Assembly: GCF_006345805.1 (NCBI RefSeq)
Contig: NC_043009.1
Span: 28,086,001 to 28,150,000 of the forward strand
From: Octopus sinensis
Taxonomy: Eukaryota
Length of the DNA stretch: 64,000 nt
Reading direction: 5' to 3'
Within the stretch, counting starts at the first letter, position 1; the number at the start of each line of letters is the position of its first letter. Below, piece after piece: positions 1 to 15,019 of this stretch. The translations under genes were made by a program, and so were the position numbers. The notes beneath the pieces were generated by a model, which saw only the letters and a program-made list of their open reading frames with translations, had not been told where the DNA came from and did no database searches.

Positions 1-225
1 GTACTCCATCTGACAGACAACAACAACAAGATGATCAATGGAAGCTTTGCAAGAGAACTTTACAACAATTAAGTTTTATAATTTTTTTTTTTTAGATATT
101 ATGACCTTCGGCAGTTCATAAACGCATGGAAGTGGTGGAGTGATGTTTCGAAAAATTCTTTGTATTTTGATTCCTTTTAAGTTTGCTTCATTCTTGTAAT
201 ATCTGATTATTTTGTTTCTTGTGAA

Positions 226-552
226 GGGCATGTAGCTAAGTGGTAAGGACGTTTGGCTCATGATCTTAAGGCCTTGAATTCGATGCCTGGTAGCACATTG
301 TGTTCTGTCACAAGATGCTTTATTCCACATCACTCCAGTTTCACTCAGCTGGCAAAAATAAGTTGTACCTGTAATTCAAAGGGGCCAACCTTGTTACACT
401 CTGTGTCACACTGAAATCTCCTTCAGAACTACATTAAGGGTACACATGTCAGTGGATCTCTCAGTTACTTGCATATTAATTTTATGAACAGTCTATTCTG
501 TTGATCAGATCAATTAGGACCCTCATTTTCGTAGCTGACTGAGTGCCCATTT
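226..552 (+). mobile_element. tRNA-derived SINE, family D (decayed)
   Basis: tRNA-like head (gtagctaagtggtaagg ... gaattcgatgcc) followed by a body (gtacctgtaattcaaagggg...aactacattaagggtacacatgtc) that recurs in reverse at 62443-62815. Confidence 0.7.
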
Positions 553-628
553 ATTTTCATTCCTCATTATTTTGTGTTTCTTTCTTCCCGATTAACCTCT
601 GTTAAAGCATTTATTTTTTATAACTTCA

Positions 629-1036
629 ATTACTCTCTTTTACTTGGTTCAGTCATTTGACTGTGGCCATCCTGGAGCACCACTTTTAGTCGAGGAAATC
701 GACCCCAGGACTTATTCTTTGGAAGCCTAGTACTTATTCTATCAGTCTCTTTTGCCGAACCGCTAGGTTATGGGGACGTAAACAAACCAGCATCACTTGT
801 CAAGCGATTTTGGGAAGGACAAACACAGACACACAAACACACACACACACATATATACATATACATATATACGACAGACATCTTTCAGTTTCCATCTATC
901 AAATCCACTCACGAGGCTTTGGTCAGCCCAAGGCTATAGTAGAAGACACTTGCCCAAGATGCCACACAGTGGGACTGAACCGGGAACCATGTGGTTGGTA
1001 AGCAAGCTACTTACCACACAGCCACTCCTGCGCCTC
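629..1036 (-). mobile_element. tRNA-derived SINE, family A
   Basis: Reverse complement of the ~400-bp element at 12322 and 56093: head ggctgtgtggtaagtagc...gggttcagtccc, internal (TA/TG)n, tail ggtgctccagcatggcc...cagtcaaatgactgaa. Confidence 0.85.
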
Positions 1037-1104
1037 TTAGAAATATTGTGATAAATGTTATTTTGGGGGTGTTTATAAAATGGCCTTTATTGATTATATT
1101 TGAG

Positions 1105-1560
1105 AAAGTGTGAGGTTTTGTCTTGGAGAAAAATTTCTCCTGTTACACTTGCTGTGTTATTACACATTGAGATGAGCTGCAAGTGATATCATTGGATCAA
1201 CAGACATACTGTTTCAGCATAATTTCACATCCTCAGTGGTGGCACTACCTCAGTCATTTGGTGCCAGCCCTGAGCTATTTTGAATTCAACTGCTTTGAGT
1301 ACTTATACATAATCAGTTCTAGCTTAACAAGGTGGAACAAATGCAAGATAGTATTTTTTTTTGTTTTTTATTTTCTATATTGGATGTAGCTCTGGCATAA
1401 CTTTAAATGACTGAGGTGTGTATCTACAACTGATGTGGTGAAATTATGTCAAAACATAGGATCTGGTGGTCTGCTGATGTCATTTGGGGTTTGACTCAAT
1501 GTAATTTTACAAACAATGTCAATAGAAAAGAGTTTTTTCTCCAAGACAAAATTCCACTAA
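1105..1560. repeat. Old diverged inverted repeat (foldback/MITE relic)
   Basis: Reverse complement of ~1110-1260 aligns by eye to ~1404-1556 (aaatgactgagg...gtgaaattatg...ctcaatgt...ttttctccaagacaaaa). Confidence 0.6.
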
Positions 1561-2590
1561 GGCTGTCTTTCATGTTCTAGTCTACAATAATATTACAAAT
1601 AAATGAATACATCATTATTTTGATTGTCTGTGCTTCGTGTGCTTATACTACCATTTAAAATTTGTTGTACAAAATAGCAGACAAGATCAAGTTGACAATG
1701 TAAAACAAATCTTCCAGTGTAATAACTTCAGTGCAAAACAAGTTTCAGTGAGCTGATTTATAAAAATACAAGTTTAGTAGAATATATTTATTCCACAGAG
1801 ACAATATTAAACAAATAAATCTGTTGATTTCCAAAATTTTCATAGAATAATGTGATTCAGCACCAAAGATTTTCTATTCAAATTTATGAGATTCACTGAA
1901 CACCATCAAACATGTCCAGATGGCTATTATCTCATGCAGTCAAAACTTCTGCTTTCTGCTTCAGAGTATTTTTTTTGTTTTTTATTTTCTATATTGGATG
2001 TAGCTCTGGCATAACTTTAAATGACTGAGGTGTGTATCTACAACTGATGTGGTGAAATTATGTCAAAACATAGGATCTGGTGGTCTGCTGATGTCATTTG
2101 GGGTTTGACTCAATGTAATTTTACAAACAATGTCAATAGAAAAGAGTTTTTTCTCCAAGACAAAATTCCACTAAGGCTGTCTTTCATGTTCTAGTCTACA
2201 ATAATATTACAAATAAATGAATACATCATTATTTTGATTGTCTGTGCTTCGTGTGCTTATACTACCATTTAAAATTGTTGTACAAAATAGCAGACAAGAT
2301 CAAGTTGACAATGTAAAACAAATCTTCCAGTGTAATAACTTCAGTGCAAAACAAGTTTCAGTGAGCTGATTTATAAAAATACAAGTTTAGTAGAATATAT
2401 TTATTCCACAGAGACAATATTAAACAAATAAATCTGTTGATTTCCAAAATTTTCATAGAATAATGTGATTCAGCACCAAAGATTTTCTATTCAAATTTAT
2501 GAGATTCACTGAACACCATCAAACATGTCCAGATGGCTATTATCTCATGCAGTCAAAACTTCTGCTTTCTGCTTCAGAGTATTTTTTTGT
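1349..2590. repeat. Near-identical tandem duplication, ~614-bp unit x2
   Basis: tggatgtagctctggc at 1381 and 1995; both units end in gctttctgcttcagagtattttttt. Confidence 0.95.
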
Positions 2591-2899
2591 TCGAATGGTC
2601 AGTAGTTTGGTTCACACAATCCAAAATATTCCACACACACTTTATAATGAAAATTGAAGGTGATATTGCTTGAGCTGGGCCCCTAACTGTGGCCCCTCAT
2701 CTACATAGGTTGTCTATTAATCTCATATGTAATTTAAGGATTTTTGCACAAAGGAATCATGAAATACTACCACAAGAAGAATTATCTCCTGGAACAGAAA
2801 ATAAAACATGTAATCTAGTGTGATATATTTTGAATGTTAATTAATCCAGTATCTTTTATGATATATCACAGTATTATAGCATTGACAAGACTATAAGAT

Positions 2900-3250
2900 G
2901 CTGTTACGCACCACTGGTCACAATGCACTCCCCTTTCTGTTTTGATTGAGCTATTCTTTTCTATCTTGATCCAAATTCTTTGACTAGACCACTATCTTTT
3001 GGATACCTCTTGGCAACTGCACAGGTTCACCTCAGTTGTCTGTGAAGCTTGTGGTATCTTTGGTCCAGTGGAACTTAAGTTTTTGGTATTCTACTATCAC
3101 ATGGCTCACTTCTTTCCATTCATGAATCTTTTCATTTCGAATATGTTCTCATACTGATATTCCAAGCATGGATCTTTCCACAGTCCTTTGTGTCATAGCC
3201 AATTGATATTCTATCTGCTTCGTAGTAGCCTACATGACACTCGAGTGAAC
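2900..3250 (-). pseudogene. RTE-type LINE ORF 3' remnant
   Basis: Minus strand translates MTQRTVERSMLGISV*EHIRNEKI...KFHW, matching the RTE motif TQRAMERSMLG..RDHIRNE. Confidence 0.65.
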
Positions 3251-3389
3251 ACAAGAAGGATGGTGTAATTGAGGAGTCTGGCTTTGTTTATGATATATAT
3301 TTAAGGTTATATTTCAAATTACTGAATGCTGAGCCTGACAGAGGCAATGACGAAAGATCAAGACCTCTGGAGATATGCTATGACTGCAA

Positions 3390-3872
3390 AAACCCAGCAA
3401 ATAAAGTGAGTTCACAGCTGAAACCTACTACTAGTGTCGCATAACCAGCCCACTCAAAAAGTACCTTGGATCGTAGGGTGACATGCCGTGCTTGAGGAGA
3501 CCTATTGAGTCAAGTACATTAACATCAAAATCAAATGGAAATTGTAGTTGTGATCCGGTGCTGGTGGCATGTAAAAAGCATCATCTAAACATGGTCGATG
3601 TCAGTGCTGCCTTGACTGGCTTCCGGGCTGGTGACACTTAAAAAACACCAACCGATCGTGGTCATTGCCAGACTCCTCTGGCCCCTGTGCTGGTAGTACA
3701 TAAAAAGAATCCACTGTACTCTCAGAGTGGTTGGTATTAGGAAGGGTATCCGGCTGTAGAAACACTCCCAGATCAGAGTGGAGCCTGGTGCAGCCTCCTG
3801 GCTTCCCAGGCTCCAGTCAAACCGTTCAACCCATACCAACATGGAAAACGAACTTTAAACGATGATGATGAT
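3390..3872 (+). mobile_element. RTE-tail repeat, family C, ending in (GAT)n
   Basis: Shared tail ...gagtggttgg.attaggaaggg.atcc.gctgtagaaac...ggagcctggtgcagcc...aaacgatgatgat; also at 23022, 30443, 39188, 41220, 50190. Confidence 0.75.
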
Positions 3873-4239
3873 GAAGAGACATGGGCATAAATTTTGAATT
3901 ATCCTGACTCTTTGGACAAATGGTCTTTCTAGTCTGGATGCTACTGACCAAATGAGGCAATAGAACTGCAAACATTGCAGATAATTTCAGTTGCTATTTG
4001 GAGGTTTTTGGTTTCATTGGTTGCCTTCCTTTTCATTCTTTGCTGCTTCTTTTCGTGAGATACAACTTATGATTTAGGTTTCCCAATAGAGGAAAAAAAT
4101 ATTAAATCCATTGACATCAGATCAGGTAACTGTATGTGTTTGTGTGTGTGTATGTGTATGTATGTATGTGTTTGTGTGTGTGTATGTGTATGTATGTATG
4201 TGTTTATGTGTGAGAGATAGAGAGAATAAATACTGGCTT

Positions 4240-4450
4240 CAAATTTTGGCACTAGGCCAGCAATTTCGAGGGAGGGAGTAAGTCAATTACATCAATCCCC
4301 AGTACTCAACTGGTACTTATTTTATCAACTCTGAAAAGATGAAAGACAAAGTCAACCGCAACAGAATTTAAACTCATGACATAAAACCGAATGAAATGCC
4401 ATCAAGCATTTTGCCTGGCATCATACAGATTCCGCCAGCTCGTTGCCTTA
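4240..4450 (-). mobile_element. tRNA-derived SINE, family B (core gcctttcatcctttcggggtcgataaattaagtaccag)
   Basis: Reverse complement of the monomers at 36470-37382. The core resembles the Meta-SINE-type domain from memory (not verified). Confidence 0.7.
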
Positions 4451-5101
4451 GAGAAGATAGATTTTACTACTTTGTACAATGCAGCTGTTCAGTAAATGAT
4501 GGCAGAGAGATGCTCTATCATGCCAGAGACATAATTCCTCTGCATCCTGCCAAACCTCTTAAATGTGTAGGATGAGATTTCTGCAGCATATTCAAAGAAA
4601 CAATAACTGTAGCAGTCATTTTGTTATCAAAGAAACATGATCCAAGCAGAGACTAATAATGCTAAATATTCTGCAGCCTTTCTAATCTTCTACCACTTCT
4701 GGACTGACAGAATCTTCCAGAAACATGCTTGTGGATGTCATGCATACATTCTTCTGCTACAGATTAATGCTAGCAAGTGATGGTTACATTGGTGGGGTGA
4801 ACACTTTTCTAAAATATCTTTGTACTTTTGCTATTCTCGCACACATTGCAATAAATTGCTTTTTCCCCCAAAGCTTCGCTCCTTTTCAGTCAATATTACA
4901 ACCAGCTGCTTCTGAAACAGAAATTTTTAAAATGTTGGAGAGATATGAGCTGTAAGACATATGTAGAAACACATTTTGAGGGCAACCTCTCTCCCTGTGT
5001 TTCTCCTTATACACACACACATATATATAATATATACATACATATACACACACATATATATACATATACATACATACATATATAAACATATATATACATA
5101 T

Positions 5102-5133
<32 letters not shown>

Positions 5134-5394
5134 TAATATATATATATAATATATATACATATATATACCGAATATGGTCCTTTTCCATACCGAAAAAACT
5201 ACTTGGTGAAATTTGTTGATTTTATTAAATTAATTATATTTCACCCTTTATCTGTATACATATATATATATGTATATAAATATTATATATATATATACTC
5301 ATACATACATATACATATACATACATACATACATATACATACATACATACATACATACATATACATATACATACATACATACACACACACACAC

Positions 5395-5437
<43 letters not shown>

Positions 5438-6045
5438 AGGAAAATAAGATAAGGTAGAAAACGCTAAAATAATTTTATCATGAAATTCATTTTGTGACGG
5501 TTAGTGGTGGTTTCTGCCTTCGATTTTTTCAACCAAGCGTAAAAACAAAGATGGACATTAATTGAGAAGAAAAACAATTAAATTGAAGAAAAATTTTAAT
5601 GAAATTCTTTGTGTGCTGCTGCTGCTTAAACCATCAAACTTCACAACCAAATATATCTCTATACCCATAAACACAATTTTTCAGATCTGCTACTACTTAC
5701 TTTATGAACCTTCACAAAGGAAATGAGAGAGACAGAAAATAAGGAAAATGTCCTACCTATTTGAAGACTATGGAAATATTTACAAAACATTTCATTTAAT
5801 TTTTTCTTCTGTTAATTGTTTTGCTTCTTAATTAATATCCACCTTTGTTTTACACCGAGTTGAAAAAATCAAAAACACAAACTGGTACTAACCATTACAA
5901 AATGCATTTCCTAATAAAATTCTTTTAGCATTTCTACATATCAATTCATGTGTCATTTTCAACATTCTACACACACACACACATATATATATAGATACAC
6001 ACACACATACACATGCATACATATCTATAATTACATATGTATATA

Positions 6046-7318
6046 TCGGGTTGGCAACTAAGTTCTCGCCGTTTTTTAAAATTTAAATTTTTTAAAAGCT
6101 TTAATAAAAAATAACTAATTCATCAATAATGTATTCACCCTTGTTGTTTACAATTTCTTCCCAACGTTCAACAAGATTTTCAATACCTCCTTGGTAGAAA
6201 TTACCCGATTTTGACTCAAAAAAATTGATCCAACGAAGCTCTCAATTCTCATCAGTATTGAACGAATCTCCATGCATAGCATTTGAATGAGATCAAAAGA
6301 GGTGGAAATCCATTGGTGCCAAATCAGGAGAGTATGGCGGGTGTGACAACATTTCCCAGTCATGCGTTTGAATGGCTTCCTTGGTCATATTGGCGATATG
6401 AGGATGGGCATTGTTGTGCAGCAGAAAAACTCCATGCTGCTGATTAGGTCCTTTCTCTTGAATAGCTGTGTTGAGTTGTTCCATCTGTTCAACATAGAGT
6501 CCCACGTTGACCATTTGGTTCCATTCAAGCAGTTCATAATGCATAATCCCTTCCTGGTCCCACCATATGCACAACATTATTTTACGTGAATGAAGATCTT
6601 GTTTCACGAATGGTGTTGCTTGTTTACCGGGGCTAAGCCTTTCCTTATGCTGCTTCATATTGATGTATTGGCACCATTTTTCATCGCCAGTAACGACTCG
6701 GTAGGAAATCATTGCTTGTGTCCATGAGTTGAGCAGTGGTGAGCAAGCAAACCAGCATAGATTGTGGCTCGTTGATTTTTGTTGTTGTCATTTAAAGCAT
6801 GCGGAACCCATGCTCCATACTTCTGCACCTTTCCCATCAAGTGAAGATGCTTCTCTATAGCAGTGTGGGAGCATTCCATTTTCTCTGCCAGTTCCCTTGT
6901 CGTTTGACGAGAATTTTTGTGCAAAAGTTGATTTAATCGCTCTTCATCAAACTCAACTGGATGGTGAATGAGATGTGTGTTTGAGATCAAAATTTCCATT
7001 TTTGAACATGGCATACCAATTACAAGTGGTTCTTTCAGCTATGGCAGCCTCTCCATACAGAGCACAAGTGTTGCAAGCAGCTTTTGCAGCCTTAGAGCCT
7101 TGATTAAAAGCAAAAAGAAGGAGGTGTCGAAAATGCTCATTTTTCTTAACTTGACATTCCATTTAAATGATTTGAGAATAAATAAAACATTACTCAAATT
7201 AACTAGAAAAAGAAAGCAAAATAGATTCCAAAATGATTCAAAATTAGATTAAAAAATTTAAAAATGCAATAAATTCCAAAATTTGAAAAAAACGGTGGGA
7301 ACTTAGTTGTCAACCCAA
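6046..7318 (-). mobile_element. Full-length mariner (DD34D) transposon, decayed
   Basis: ~32-bp TIRs (tcgggttggcaactaagttctcgccgtttttt / aaaaaacggtgggaacttagttgtcaacccaa), TA at 6044-45 and 7319-20, 1273 bp. Confidence 0.95.
6126..7162 (-). pseudogene. Mariner transposase pseudogene
   Basis: Motifs WVPHAL, VTGDEKW, LHNNA (catalytic D to N) and HPPYSPDLAPMDF with 34-residue spacing; split over three or more frames. Confidence 0.95.
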
Positions 7319-7345
7319 TATATAATATATAAATAAATATATATA

Positions 7346-7398
<53 letters not shown>

Positions 7399-8379
7399 CA
7401 ATGTGTATAACATGTTAAGTGGATATAAAAATCATCATAGAACAGCGTTAGCTGTAATAGCTTGTCTTAGAGAAACTTCTCAAAGTGTCTTCTGCATTGA
7501 TAAACACAGAGTTCACTGTGAATTTTGGCAGATTGCCAAACACAGTGTTTTGACTTCATTTCTTCTCCTCAGTCACCAGAACCCATGGATATTTTGAGCT
7601 GAGTCCAATAGTATTCATTCTGATATAGAGATGGTTGAACAAGGCATTCAAGGATTTGTGTGAACGTTGGCCAGGCTAGAAATGAATTAATATACAAACA
7701 AGAAACAAAGTTTGATTACAATAACAATGCATGTATAATATTTGTGATGTATATGCAAAATGGTAATCATTATAATAACACACACATGATGCTGAGATGA
7801 TGATGAGGATGACGACAACAGTGGTAATGATGATGATGACAGTGAGGAGGAGGAGGAGGATAGCAGTGATGAGGATTATGGTGGTGATGATGGATGATGA
7901 GGATGATGACAATGACGATGACACTGATGCTGTTGAGATGATATTTAAAATACCATGATGTAGAGGATCATGAAGGAAATGAATGAATCGTTCTGAATTC
8001 TCGAATCACATTTCAAAACGAAAATTATCATGTGCAATCTGGGAAATTAATTCATGATTCCACAAAATACCAAAAAATAAGTGAATAAATAAAAAATAAA
8101 AATAACTTAGAAAAATAATTTCAGATTTTTCTAATGTGACTCCACAAACTTTATGTTGCAATATTTCTGTTTCCCTGCATAAAACATAAAACTTTGATTA
8201 ACGGAAATCTATTTTAAATGTTTCATATTGAAATGTTTAACATATTATTGATTCCTGGATAAAATGGTAAAAGTGGTGTTCAAGGAAGAATGTTTCAGGA
8301 AAAATAAAAAAAAAGAAGAAAAGCTGTTTTAGGTCGACTGAGAAAGCTCAATTGATAATTTTGTATTTCAGAAAACAAG

Positions 8380-10130
<1,751 letters not shown>

Positions 10131-10338
10131 TATATACATAGGCAAATATACACATTCATATAAGTGTATAGATGTCAATCTGCCCGTCAGTCACTCCATC
10201 TCTATCTTTCTTTCTTTTTCTCTCTCTCTCTCTCTCTTTTTTTGTTCTCTTTGTATTTTTCTATGTTTATATATATATATATATATGAGTGTGTATGTTT
10301 ATCAATGATAAGAATATAAACAGTAATAAAATAATTAC

Positions 10339-10383
10339 CACAGAATTTTATGATGCCAATCAATATATGTAGTAAAATGTACA
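10339..10383 (-). CDS. Candidate internal exon (VHFTTYIDWHHKILW), host gene unidentified
   Basis: Acceptor ttcctgcaattttccaAG, donor GTaatt, 45 nt, phase 2-2; in phase with the candidate at 13163. Confidence 0.3.
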
Positions 10384-12321
10384 CTTGGAAAATTGCAGGA
10401 AAGGAGGTTTAAGCCCATCATCACCACCCCTGCCACTATCACCACCGCCACCACCACCGCCGCCGCCACCACCATCACCACCACTACCTCCAACAACAAC
10501 AACAACAACAAAAACAACAACACCACCACCACCACCAACGCCACCTCCAACAACAACAACACCAAAAACAAGAAATATCCCTAGAAAACAATAAAAGAAC
10601 AACTAAAAAAGTGATGTTTTCTACTGAATGTAAGAGTTATAAAGGCGTTTTTTGTTGCATTTATTTGCCTATATTTTGGCCATAATTTAAGAGCCAATAG
10701 AAATAATTTCAGAGGTGGCTTTTATTTTTTTTTAGCTTTCTAATGGAAAATTATTAATATTTTGATAAGAATTATCAGTTTTTTTTTATCCCTAATATAC
10801 GTTTGTGTTTTGTTTTATTTTTCTTATTTCGTTGGTTGACTTTATTTCATCTTGTAGGAATAATGTTATGAAACAAAAAGAAGAAAAATAATAACAAAGA
10901 AATAAAAACTGAATGTCAAGCAATCTGGTATAATTTGGTCATAAATATTAGATGATTGGTTATAAGAGATAATGAAAAACCAAACAAATAAGAACTGGCA
11001 AACATAACACGTTAAAGCAATGTCGAGAAAATATTTTTCAAAATACAAACGAATAAATACATAAATAAAATAACATAAAAAATAATGATATAATAATTAA
11101 TAAAAATGAATGGAAATAAACACAACTTGAATTAGGAATTCTTTATATTTACACAGAATTGATGAGAAAAGTAAATAAAATAGCTGGTGTAAATTTTATA
11201 TTGATCATCATCAAAATGAGGATTTGGAAAAAGAATTCTTTTATGCTTAAAATGTTTTGATGGTTCTATGCGAAATATCTCTTAAATTCATTAGTCGTTA
11301 TATGTGTGATTGATACTAACATTACTCCAGATGAATGGGCTGACAATGTGTCACGTAATTTATAAACAATGCCAAACATCACTCTAATGGTAGGTGTTAG
11401 AATCTAACATGATCTTGCTCAGAAAAGCTAGATTCATCAGGCTTTATATATAGATGTGATCATCTGATATAAATACATGTAATGTATATATATGTGTGTA
11501 TGTATAGTAATGTTAATTAAATGTATAATTAAAAGAGAAACAGAGTTTTGACTCTGGTGGTTTCTGAACATTTATGTTAATGAATGCTGTTCACTGACCT
11601 TTGATAATATTGTTTGTTCACCACTCCAATGAAACATTCGATGGCATAAAGTGATCAATAGTTATTACAAAGACAGTGATCGTGTGCATTTCTCATCACT
11701 ATCATCACCACCATCGTCATTGTCGTCGTCGTCGTCGTCGTCATCATCATCATCATCACCACCTTCCCATCAGCATCAGCATCACCACCATCACCATCAC
11801 TGTCGTCATCATTGTCATTGTTGTCATCATCCTCGATGTCTTTCTCGTCTTCCACTTCTTTCTCCTCATTATCCTTGTCATCATCATCTTCATCTTCCTC
11901 AGTAAGCTTCTCGTATGCCGCCCCCTCACCTTCCAAATCTCCTCATCATCACAGTCAACACCCTTCTCCTCCCCTCCTCCTCTTCCTCCTTATCACCTTC
12001 AGCATCATTTCTATGACTACTTTCCCATGCTTGAATAGGTGAAACAGAATTCATTGAGGCAGATCCTTATTTGGTCAGATAAAATCAGATAAAATCTCCC
12101 TGAATGTAGGAGTCACTGTTTTGTAAAACTTTCTCCTACAGTTAAAGATGGAACTTCCTTCCCTGCAGAGTTGACAGGAAAAAATACAAAAATGTGGGGC
12201 ACCCAATTGCAGCTGCTAAAACCCTTTAGACAATGATTAAAGAGGTGAAGGGGTGAATTTGTAGATGCCAGTTATCAAAGTATTTAACCCTTACTCTTTG
12301 TGATGGAGAAGCAATATATAT

Positions 12322-12715
12322 ATGGCTGTGTGGTAAGTAGCTTGCTTACGAACCACATGGTTCCGGGTTCAGTCCCACTGCGTGGCACCTTGGGCAAGTG
12401 TCTTCTACTATAGCCTCGGGCCGACCAAAGCCTTGTGAGTGGATTTGGTAGACGGAAACTGAAAAAAGCCCGTCGTATATATGTATATATATATATGTGT
12501 ATGTTTGTGTGTTGTGTTTATCCTCCCCCCAAACATCGCTTGACAACCGATGCTGGTGTGTATACATCCCCGTAACTTAGCAGTTCGGCAAAAGAGACTG
12601 ATAGAATAAGTACTAGGCTTACAAAGAATAAGTCCTGGGGTCGACTTTTCTCGATTAAAGGCGATTCTCCAGCATGGCCACAGTCAAATGACTGAAACAA
12701 GTAAGAGAGTAAGAG
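12322..12715 (+). mobile_element. tRNA-derived SINE, family A
   Basis: A-box-like tgtgtggtaag and B-box-like gggttcagtccc; full body and tail; followed by (TA)n(GATA)n. Confidence 0.9.
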
Positions 12716-12769
12716 AATATATATTTATACATACATACATACAATATATATATATATATATATATATAT

Positions 12770-12783
12770 AGATAGATAGATAA

Positions 12784-12870
<87 letters not shown>
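12770..12870. repeat. (GATA)n microsatellite
   Basis: Directly visible. Confidence 0.95.
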
Positions 12871-12871
<1 letters not shown>

Positions 12872-13162
12872 CTCTGTGTGTGTATGTTCATGAATCTGTT
12901 TTACTTTCAATGTAGATTCAGTTGTTTGATCTGCTGAATTACCTGCTCCTGAATTAACATGTAAGTGTTGAGTATTCTGCAGACATGGTCTACTCTTAAT
13001 GTAATTCTCAGACATTTCATGGTCTGCATATCCAGTGTCCTTCTTCCCAGTTTTACTCACAAGGTATGGGTGAATTCAAGTCCATAGGAACTGATATTTT
13101 CCCCCATACTGCTAGAGTATGAAGTTTGTATCCAGTGAGTTGTAGGGACTCTAAGACATTAC

Positions 13163-13227
13163 TTTATGCTAAAAGAAGCCATTCCATTTCTTAGCAAAGC
13201 AACCACAGCTTTCATTTGGTTTATGAT
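13163..13227 (-). CDS. Candidate internal exon (IINQMKAVVALLRNGMASFSI)
   Basis: Acceptor catttattttcAG, donor GTaatg, 65 nt, only one frame open (phase 0-2). Confidence 0.3.
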
Positions 13228-14569
13228 CTGAAAATAAATGTAGAAAGTTATCATAAGCAGAATTGAAATTTAAAAGAAATAGTCTAGAATTGTAATCTTC
13301 ATGTTTTTAAACAAGGAATTCTAAATTCTAAATAAATTTTCAAAAAGAAAACTTTAATCCTTATCTAATTATTTTTCAAATTTGAAGGCTGTTTTTCTTA
13401 AAGTAATATCTGTTTGACAAACAGGACTCTAAAGAAAATTTCACACAAGCCTACCCTTCCACTAAAAACCAAGGATGTTGTGTTTTCAGCATGTCTGCCT
13501 TAATGTTGCCAAATAGTGTCAATAATTTCCCTTTCACTTTGTGATTCAAAAACGAAAGTTTTCTATAAACAGTATTGTTAAACTTTATACTGAAAATTAG
13601 AAAGCTTTCCCTATACATATACCACAAAAGTGTTACAACACCCATTTTATAAAATAAATACTCCTTCAGTACATCTCCTCGTCAATAGCTGTTTCTTTTA
13701 AAAGTAAATACCTTCTAATTGATTGTAGGTGAGAAGAAAATTAATTGTCAGTTCCTTTCTGAAATGTTTTTAAATTAAAGGAGAATTGCTACCATTGGGA
13801 ACAGAAAAAACTTGAGAGATGTATTTGGTGAATTTTGCTTTAATGAATGTTTCCACATCAGACTTTCTTTTTGAGTAAGAAGAATGGAATTTGTAGCAAG
13901 CTTGCATAACTTCAAACAAGACTTGAAACAATATTACAAACTGTTCAGCAAGCTTTGTCATAACGCTACATCTTGTTCATCTTTACCATCATCATCATTG
14001 TTTTAACACCCGTTTTTCCAAGTGTGCATGAGTCAGACAGAGTTTGTTGAAGCAAATATCTACGGCTGGATTCCCTTCCCATCAGCCTTCACCTATTTTC
14101 AAGCAAGGTAATATTTCCCCCACGGCCACAAGTATTCTTGCAGGATATTTGAAATAAATAATGCTGCTTATATAACAGTGACAAACATTTATAATTATCA
14201 CGATGTCAAAACAAGACATAAACATGCACATACTCACACACATACATATATGTATGACAGGCTTTTTTCAGTTTTCATCAGCCAAATCCACTCACTAGCC
14301 TTTGATTAGCCAGGGCTCAAGTAGATGTCATTTGTCTAAGGTTCCATGCAGTGGGACTGAACCTGAAACCATGTAGTTGGTAAGCAAATTTCTTAACTAC
14401 ATCACCACACATATGCCTAATCCTAATATGTGGGTATCTGTAGCAGAAACTGCTCTACCGTTAGTATTTGGGTAAGGTCTGTAGCTTGAAGGTTATCTCC
14501 TTCTTTTCCCACTAGTCTTGAAGACATAAAACTAACCATGGTTGATGCCTCTCCCTTTCTGATTAGATT

Positions 14570-15019
14570 TTTTTTTTTGCCACTGTAACGTGGCTGTTCT
14601 ATAAAGAACTATGTTACTACCTTTTAACCCCAGAAAAACGTCTTTTCCAGCTGGTTAACGACACACAACCTATGTCTGATATATTTCAAGTAAAGGAGTG
14701 AATCACACCCCCTTCCAGCTTTGTAAGATCAATAGACCATGGTTTCTGGGTCTTTACCCTTCATTGGTACTGGATACCTGCTTGCTAGAGATAGAAGTCA
14801 ATCGTCCCTAGCCACAATATATGAACAGAGAAGCAGCAGGCAGCCGTTGATCTTGTAACAAGCAAAGCAGCAAGTTTTAAAATCTCTAAATGAGATATAA
14901 GTAGTAACAATACTAGACTGTAACGTTTTTTTTTTTTTTGCTACCTCTATAATATGGTTGTTCTATAAAAAAAACTGTTGCAACATTTTAATCCCCAGAA
15001 AACGTCTTTTGCAGCTGGT
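14570..15019. repeat. Diverged ~85-bp direct repeats spaced ~360 bp
   Basis: tgttctataaa...ttttaa.cccagaaaa.cgtctttt.cagctggt at 14570-14655 and 14930-15019. Confidence 0.7.

Noticed and set aside
97-4949. Plus-strand exon candidates (YYDLRQFINAWKWW; QYYNQLLLKQKFLKCW or SILQPAASETEIFKMLERYE) loosely reminiscent of Sfi1 repeats or FAM227
   Set aside because: Similarity is a few residues, the frame is ambiguous, the order does not fit, and no diagnostic motifs were found elsewhere.
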